The translations under genes were made by a program, and so were the position numbers. Positions 59,015-64,000 of a DNA stretch of 64,000 bases are shown in pieces; position 1 is the first letter of the stretch; each line of letters opens with the position of its first letter. Source of the DNA: Candidatus Latescibacterota bacterium (GTDB lineage: Bacteria; Latescibacterota; UBA2968). Under the pieces are notes generated by a model, which was not told the DNA's origin, made no database searches, and was given only the letters and a program-made list of their open reading frames with translations. The DNA is taken from the NCBI GenBank assembly GCA_965207885.1, contig OZ242311.1, forward strand, positions 2,816,001-2,880,000, written 5' to 3'.

Positions 59015-59752
59015 TTATCCTTGCTTTGACGCGCTAAAGCCAATAAGTGGGGGACGCGACATAAAAGCATCCCAAAATGGATTGTGCTGCTGAGACGGGT
59101 GTATAAAGGGACCGACCCATTGAAAATCGGAAAAACCAGCTTTCTGAAAAGCCCATTGATACGTTTCTGGTTTGAGAAAATAATTCTTAAACTCAAACTG
59201 CGTGCCATCTTCATTGATCATTTGATACAAAATGACATCGCCCTCTTCAGGAGCAGGGGTACACACTTTGTCAAATCCGTATTGGACGAAGGAAATAGTT
59301 CCCCTGGGAACATGCTGGACATTGTCATTAAATCCGACAAACCGCCCCCCCAGTCGCAGTCTATTATAAGCCACTTGGACAAAATTGAGAAGTTCCTCTT
59401 TTGTCCTGGCATAATTTAAAAGATACATCGCCACCACGACATCGACAGATTCAGCCATATCGAGCCGTGCCACATCTCGATTCAGGTACTTGCATCCCAA
59501 AGGACGGATGCGTTCTTCTTCTTCTGCCAAGTTGATCATTTCTGCGGAAAGATCGACGCCTGTGACTTCTGCCGCCCCGGCTTGCACAATCTTGCGTGTG
59601 TAAAACCCCTCACCGCAAGCCAGGTCTAAGACCGTTGCTCCTCGGATATCTCCCAATATCTCAAAAAAAGTATATTCTTCAATATATTTTCGAAATGAAA
59701 GTTGCTTGGAATCCCTATAGGCTTCCGCAATTCCATCATACTCCTGATTCAT
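59015..59752 (-). CDS. Class I SAM-dependent methyltransferase
   Basis: VLDLACGEG, GVDLS..MI, YLLNYA; start ATG 59752. Confidence 0.82.
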   Translation of the reverse strand: MNQEYDGIAEAYRDSKQLSFRKYIEEYTFFEILGDIRGATVLDLACGEGFYTRKIVQAGAAEVTGVDLSAEMINLAEEEERIRPLGCKYLNRDVARLDMAESVDVVVAMYLLNYARTKEELLNFVQVAYNRLRLGGRFVGFNDNVQHVPRGTISFVQYGFDKVCTPAPEEGDVILYQMINEDGTQFEFKNYFLKPETYQWAFQKAGFSDFQWVGPFIHPSQQHNPFWDAFMSRPPLIGFSASKQG

Positions 59753-60488
59753 GCTCCGATTCCTCTGATAAATTCCGCAACTCATCCAGGCGGGCAATAA
59801 TATGCTCATTATCGGGTTCGCGTGCAATCACCTGTTCCAAAACCGCGATGGCCTCCCGAATAAGGCCCTGGCTCGCGTACAGCTCAGCCAGCGTTTTCGT
59901 TGCAATAACAGGGGCCTCCCCCCCGGATTTTGGCTCGCGTTTAAGCGACGTAACCAGCGTATCTAAATCATCCTCAATATCTTCCTCTAAGAGGGTCTGA
60001 GCAAATACTTCGTTCTCAGATACGACTTCCTGATCTCCAGAATCGGTATTCGCGTCTGCAGGCTCAGGACCGTTGTCTTGCTCCTCTTCAAGCTCCTCGC
60101 CCTTGAGTTTGCGAATCTGCTCTATAAGTTCGGGACTAAATGGATCGCGTGCATGAGCCTGTTCAAAATATTTGAGCGCGAGGTCACCACGGCCCAATTG
60201 CAAAGCGATTTTGCCCATATACCAATGTGCGGCAAGATGACCGGCATCTAATTGCAATACTTTTTGAAACGCCAGACGCGCTTCTTCATAATGCCCGGCA
60301 GCCTGATAGCACTTGCCCATCACCACATGGCCCGCCGTATAAGACGGGCGATAGCGCAATCCGCGGCGACACACCTCAATTGCGCGTGCGACTTCTCCAC
60401 GCTGCAACAACCCATCTGCCAGACGTGCAAATAAAATGGATGTCGGATTTTGATCACAGATTTTTTGAAGTTTTTTTATTGCCAACAT
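59736..60488 (-). CDS. Tetratricopeptide-repeat protein
   Basis: FARLAD, TPR units, acidic linker, ATKTLAELYASQG C-terminal TPR. Confidence 0.8.
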   Translation of the reverse strand: MLAIKKLQKICDQNPTSILFARLADGLLQRGEVARAIEVCRRGLRYRPSYTAGHVVMGKCYQAAGHYEEARLAFQKVLQLDAGHLAAHWYMGKIALQLGRGDLALKYFEQAHARDPFSPELIEQIRKLKGEELEEEQDNGPEPADANTDSGDQEVVSENEVFAQTLLEEDIEDDLDTLVTSLKREPKSGGEAPVIATKTLAELYASQGLIREAIAVLEQVIAREPDNEHIIARLDELRNLSEESEHESGV

Positions 60489-60829
60489 GGAAGTAATTTG
60501 CCCTTGAAAAAGAGCGGGCATAATAGAAAAAAGGTCCGAAATTGTCAACGATAAACAGAGATTAAACCAGATATTATCCCATTTCTATCACACCGTCTGC
60601 CCGCGCAATTACACCAGATATAGATTAACGCGCGACAAAATCGTTCTCAAATGTAAAAAATCTGACCAAAAAATCCACTGCAAAATCAGCCAATAATTTC
60701 GACGAATCCCGATGTGATTTACCTTGTCTCATAAGCGTGAAATGGATATATTTCCAATTCGCCAAAAGAAGCAAATTTATTCATAACATCGCTGTTTAAC
60801 AATCTGTTATGCTTACAAGGAGCGTCTTG

Positions 60830-61351
60830 ATGGAGCTATTGCGCCTGTTTGTTTCATTCACCAAAGTCGGCATCTTTGCCTATGGCGGCGGCCCTTCGAT
60901 GATTCCACTCATTCAAGAAGAAGTCGTCGATCGCAATGCCTGGATGACCATAGAAGAATTTACAGACGCCCTTGCGATGGGCTATGCACTTCCCGGTCCC
61001 ATTGCCACCAAAATGGCTGCATATATAGGATACCAGGTCGCCGACACACCTGGCCTTTTGGTCGCGCTCTTTGGCACGGTATTCCCCTCATTGCTCATGA
61101 TGATGGTCCTCGGTCTGTTTTTCATGAACTACAAGGATACGCCGCTCGTACAGGCCATGCTCAAAGCCGTGCGCCCGGCAGTAGTCGGGCTTTTAATCGT
61201 CGTGGTCTGGGAAATGTGTCCCAAATCCGTTACATCATGGCACACTGCCCTGATTGCGGTCGCTGCTTTTGTTGCCATAAATTTTCTCAACCTGCATCCC
61301 GCTCTGGCCATTGTTGTAACCGCAGCCCTCGGCCTGGCATTTTATCGATAA
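60830..61351 (+). CDS. Short-chain chromate ion transporter (CHR family)
   Basis: F.KVG.FAYGGG, W.T.EEF.D..A....LPGP. Confidence 0.88.
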   Translation: MELLRLFVSFTKVGIFAYGGGPSMIPLIQEEVVDRNAWMTIEEFTDALAMGYALPGPIATKMAAYIGYQVADTPGLLVALFGTVFPSLLMMMVLGLFFMNYKDTPLVQAMLKAVRPAVVGLLIVVVWEMCPKSVTSWHTALIAVAAFVAINFLNLHPALAIVVTAALGLAFYR

Positions 61352-61381
61352 CCCGAGAAATATAGACATTCAGGACATACT

Positions 61382-62410
61382 ATGTACACATTTTATGCTC
61401 AAAAGGCCCTCTTCGGTACCGGTTTGTCAACCGCTGAAATGCACGCTGTTCTTCAAACGCCTGACCGCGATATTCTACCGCTTTTACACGCAGCATACCA
61501 GGTGCGCCATCATTATTTTGGGCGCAAAGTACACATCCATGTGCTGATGAATGCCAAAAGTGGCTTGTGTCCTGAAGATTGTGCCTATTGCTCACAATCG
61601 GCTGTCTCAAACGCATCTATTGATAAATATCCCCTGCGACCAGCCCGCGAAATGATAGACGCAGCCCGCGAAGCCAAAGAAAACGGTGCGTATCGATACT
61701 GCATTGTCACGAGCGGACGCGCACCCACCGATAATGAAGTTGATGCCATTACAGATGTCGTGCGCCAGATCAAACGGGAAGTAGATATCGACATTTGTTG
61801 TTGTTTGGGCTTGCTAACCGGCGAAAAAGCACAGCGCTTAAAAAACGCTGGCGTCGATCGCGTAAACCACAACCTCAACACCAGCAAAGCGCACACGCCG
61901 CATATTGTATCTACACATACCTACGAAGACCGCCTGAAAACCCTCTGCAACATCCAAAAAGCGGGCCTGGATACATGCAGCGGCGGCATTATCGGCATGG
62001 GAGAAACCCACGATGATATAATTGATATGGCCGTGTCTTTGCGCGACCTCAGCGTCAACTCCATCCCCGTCAATTTCCTACACCCCATCGCGGGCACACC
62101 CCTGTCAAATCGAGATTCCTTGACCCCACATGATTGTCTGCGCGCATTGTGTCTGTTCCGATTTGTCAACCCCTCAACCGAAATTCGCGTGGCGGGTGGT
62201 CGAGAAAAAAATCTTCGGTCCCTCCAGCCCCTATCACTTTATCCCGCCAATTCGCTCTTTATGGAAGGATATTTGACCACAGGTGGTCTGGATGTGGAAA
62301 ATACGCACCAGATGATTGCCGATCTGGGATTTGAAGTTGAAACGATTCAAAGCGAATCGAAAAGCGATCAGCTTCTGGCGATAGGCACACCAGTACACGC
62401 TCAACAGTAA
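61382..62410 (+). CDS. bioB: Biotin synthase
   Basis: [47 protein letters not shown]. Confidence 0.95.
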   Translation: MYTFYAQKALFGTGLSTAEMHAVLQTPDRDILPLLHAAYQVRHHYFGRKVHIHVLMNAKSGLCPEDCAYCSQSAVSNASIDKYPLRPAREMIDAAREAKENGAYRYCIVTSGRAPTDNEVDAITDVVRQIKREVDIDICCCLGLLTGEKAQRLKNAGVDRVNHNLNTSKAHTPHIVSTHTYEDRLKTLCNIQKAGLDTCSGGIIGMGETHDDIIDMAVSLRDLSVNSIPVNFLHPIAGTPLSNRDSLTPHDCLRALCLFRFVNPSTEIRVAGGREKNLRSLQPLSLYPANSLFMEGYLTTGGLDVENTHQMIADLGFEVETIQSESKSDQLLAIGTPVHAQQ

Positions 62411-62418
62411 AAACGAAT

Positions 62419-64000
62419 ATGTCGATCTACGAAAAAAAATACGATGTCGTTGTTGTTGGCGGTGGGCATGCAGGTGCAGAAGCTGCACTGGCCTCTGCGC
62501 GCATGGGATGTGAAACACTGCTGCTGACCATGAACCTCGACACCATCGCGCAGATGTCTTGCAACCCGGCCATTGGCGGCATAGCAAAAGGCCACATGGT
62601 GCGCGAAATTGACGCTCTGGGCGGTGAAATGGCGCGCAATATTGACGCCACGGGTCTGCAATTTCGCTTGCTCAATCGGCGCAGAGGACCCGCTGTGCAG
62701 GCCCCCCGGGCGCAGGCGGACAAAAAAGCATACCAGTTTCGCGTAAAAGAAGTAGTCGAAAACCAGCCATACCTCGATGTCAAACAGGGCTTGCTCGAAG
62801 ACCTCGTGGTCAAAAACAGACGCATTGAAGGCGTGGTCACCAAAGCAAAAATGGTTTTTGTCGCTAAAACTGTGATCCTGACCACGGGCACCTTCCTCAA
62901 GGGCCTCATTCATGTGGGTGATTTCTCCTACAGCGCGGGGCGCGCAGGTGAGCAAGCCGCCGACAAAGCATCCGATGGCCTCTCGCAACTCGGTTTTGAA
63001 CTCGGGCGGCTCAAAACCGGCACCCCACCGCGCGTCAATGCGCGCAGCATCGACTTTGGCGCGTGTGAAGAGCAACCCGGCGATGCAGACCCCCGGCCCT
63101 TTTCCTACCATACCGACGCCATCGAGCAAGAGCAACTCTGTTGTCATCTCACAATGACCGTGCCAAAAACGCACGATATTATTCGCAGCAATTTGGATCG
63201 CTCGGCCATGTACAGCGGACGCATCCAGGGTGTGGGGCCGCGGTACTGCCCCTCGGTAGAGGACAAAATTGTGCGCTTTCCCGACAAAGAAGGGCATCAA
63301 ATTTTTCTCGAGCCCGAAGGGTATCACACCCTCGAAATCTATCTCAATGGGCTGTCGATGAGCCTGCCCGAAGATGTGCAGGTCGAGGTTGTACGCAGTA
63401 TTCCCGGTCTCGAAGGAGCCGAGATCATGCGCCCGGCCTATGCTGTCGAATACGACTATGTCCCCCCGACGCAAATCCATCCTACCCTGGAAACCAAACC
63501 CATCGCCGGTTTGTTTTTTGCGGGACAAATCAACGGCACCACCGGATACGAAGAAGCCGCTGGTCAGGGAATTATGGCGGGCATCAACGCCGCCTTAACA
63601 GCCCGGGGCGACGATCCCATAATCCTGGATCGCTCGCAGGCTTATATCGGCGTACTAATTGACGACCTCGTTACCAAAGGCACTGAAGAACCCTATCGCA
63701 TGTTTACCTCGCTGGCCGAATATCGCCTGCTCTTGCGACAGGACAACGCGGATTTGCGCCTGTGTGAACTCGGACGCAAAATTGGACTGCTTTCCGACGA
63801 GGCGTACAACCGCTTTTGCAAGCGCAAACGACAAATCGACGAAGAAGTCGAACGGCTGCGATCAACGCGCCTCACCCCAACCGACGATGTTCAAACAGCA
63901 CTCAAAGCGTCGCATTCTTCTCCGTTGAAACGCGCGGTGACGCTCGCCGAACTTTTGCGACGACCAGAATTGTCTTACGACATAGTCACACAATTGTCAT
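62419..64000 (+). CDS. mnmG: tRNA uridine-5-carboxymethylaminomethyl synthesis enzyme MnmG/GidA (runs off window end)
   Basis: Not in ORF track (no stop). Hand translation [63 protein letters not shown]. Confidence 0.95.
   Translation, partial: MSIYEKKYDVVVVGGGHAGAEAALASARMGCETLLLTMNLDTIAQMSCNPAIGGIAKGHMVREIDALGGEMARNIDATGLQFRLLNRRRGPAVQAPRAQADKKAYQFRVKEVVENQPYLDVKQGLLEDLVVKNRRIEGVVTKAKMVFVAKTVILTTGTFLKGLIHVGDFSYSAGRAGEQAADKASDGLSQLGFELGRLKTGTPPRVNARSIDFGACEEQPGDADPRPFSYHTDAIEQEQLCCHLTMTVPKTHDIIRSNLDRSAMYSGRIQGVGPRYCPSVEDKIVRFPDKEGHQIFLEPEGYHTLEIYLNGLSMSLPEDVQVEVVRSIPGLEGAEIMRPAYAVEYDYVPPTQIHPTLETKPIAGLFFAGQINGTTGYEEAAGQGIMAGINAALTARGDDPIILDRSQAYIGVLIDDLVTKGTEEPYRMFTSLAEYRLLLRQDNADLRLCELGRKIGLLSDEAYNRFCKRKRQIDEEVERLRSTRLTPTDDVQTALKASHSSPLKRAVTLAELLRRPELSYDIVTQLS

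Noticed and set aside
60782-60811. BirA operator upstream of the bioB operon (cataaca-N16-tgttatg)
   Set aside because: The inverted repeat does not match the TGTAAACC-N-GGTTTACA consensus, and 7-bp arms can occur by chance.
62401-63528. 375-aa minus-strand ORF
   Set aside because: Antisense shadow of mnmG, which has all the conserved motifs on the + strand.

Overview
Bacterial chromosomal window with no rRNA, tRNA or CRISPR array visible. The gene content (DUF6785-type membrane protein, repeated Gfo/Idh/MocA and PhyH enzymes, secreted ankyrin and TPR proteins, AAA-PD(D/E)XK) resembles marine or sponge-associated Gemmatimonadota/Latescibacterota/Poribacteria-like genomes; this taxonomy is inference only. 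1-25.7 kb: mostly + strand metabolic genes, including a tightly coupled cobalamin methyl-transfer cluster (uncharacterised duplicated Cys/His protein, MtaA/UroD-family methyltransferase, corrinoid protein, RACE/ASKHA activator, homocysteine methyltransferase domain) with no folate-binding module. 25.5-37.1 kb: an integrase-less variable island between a PhyH gene and mutS. It contains repeated copies of the PhyH 3' end, toxin-antitoxin modules, a 14-repeat ankyrin protein, an AAA-nuclease, IS3 and IS10-like elements and many gene fragments. 37-49 kb: housekeeping genes on the - strand (mutS, mtaB, rpsA, plsC, cmk, rluB, scpB, scpA, trpS, HNH). 49.3-56.0 kb: an AT-rich defence island with an hsdM remnant, a twice-frameshifted ~1240-aa SIR2 (Dsr1-like) gene, a DUF4365 + chimeric TPR pair and an HTH remnant. 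56-64 kb: gcvH, accC, accB, efp, a methyltransferase, a TPR protein, a chromate transporter, bioB and mnmG (partial). Family assignments come from motif recognition by eye; no database search was run.
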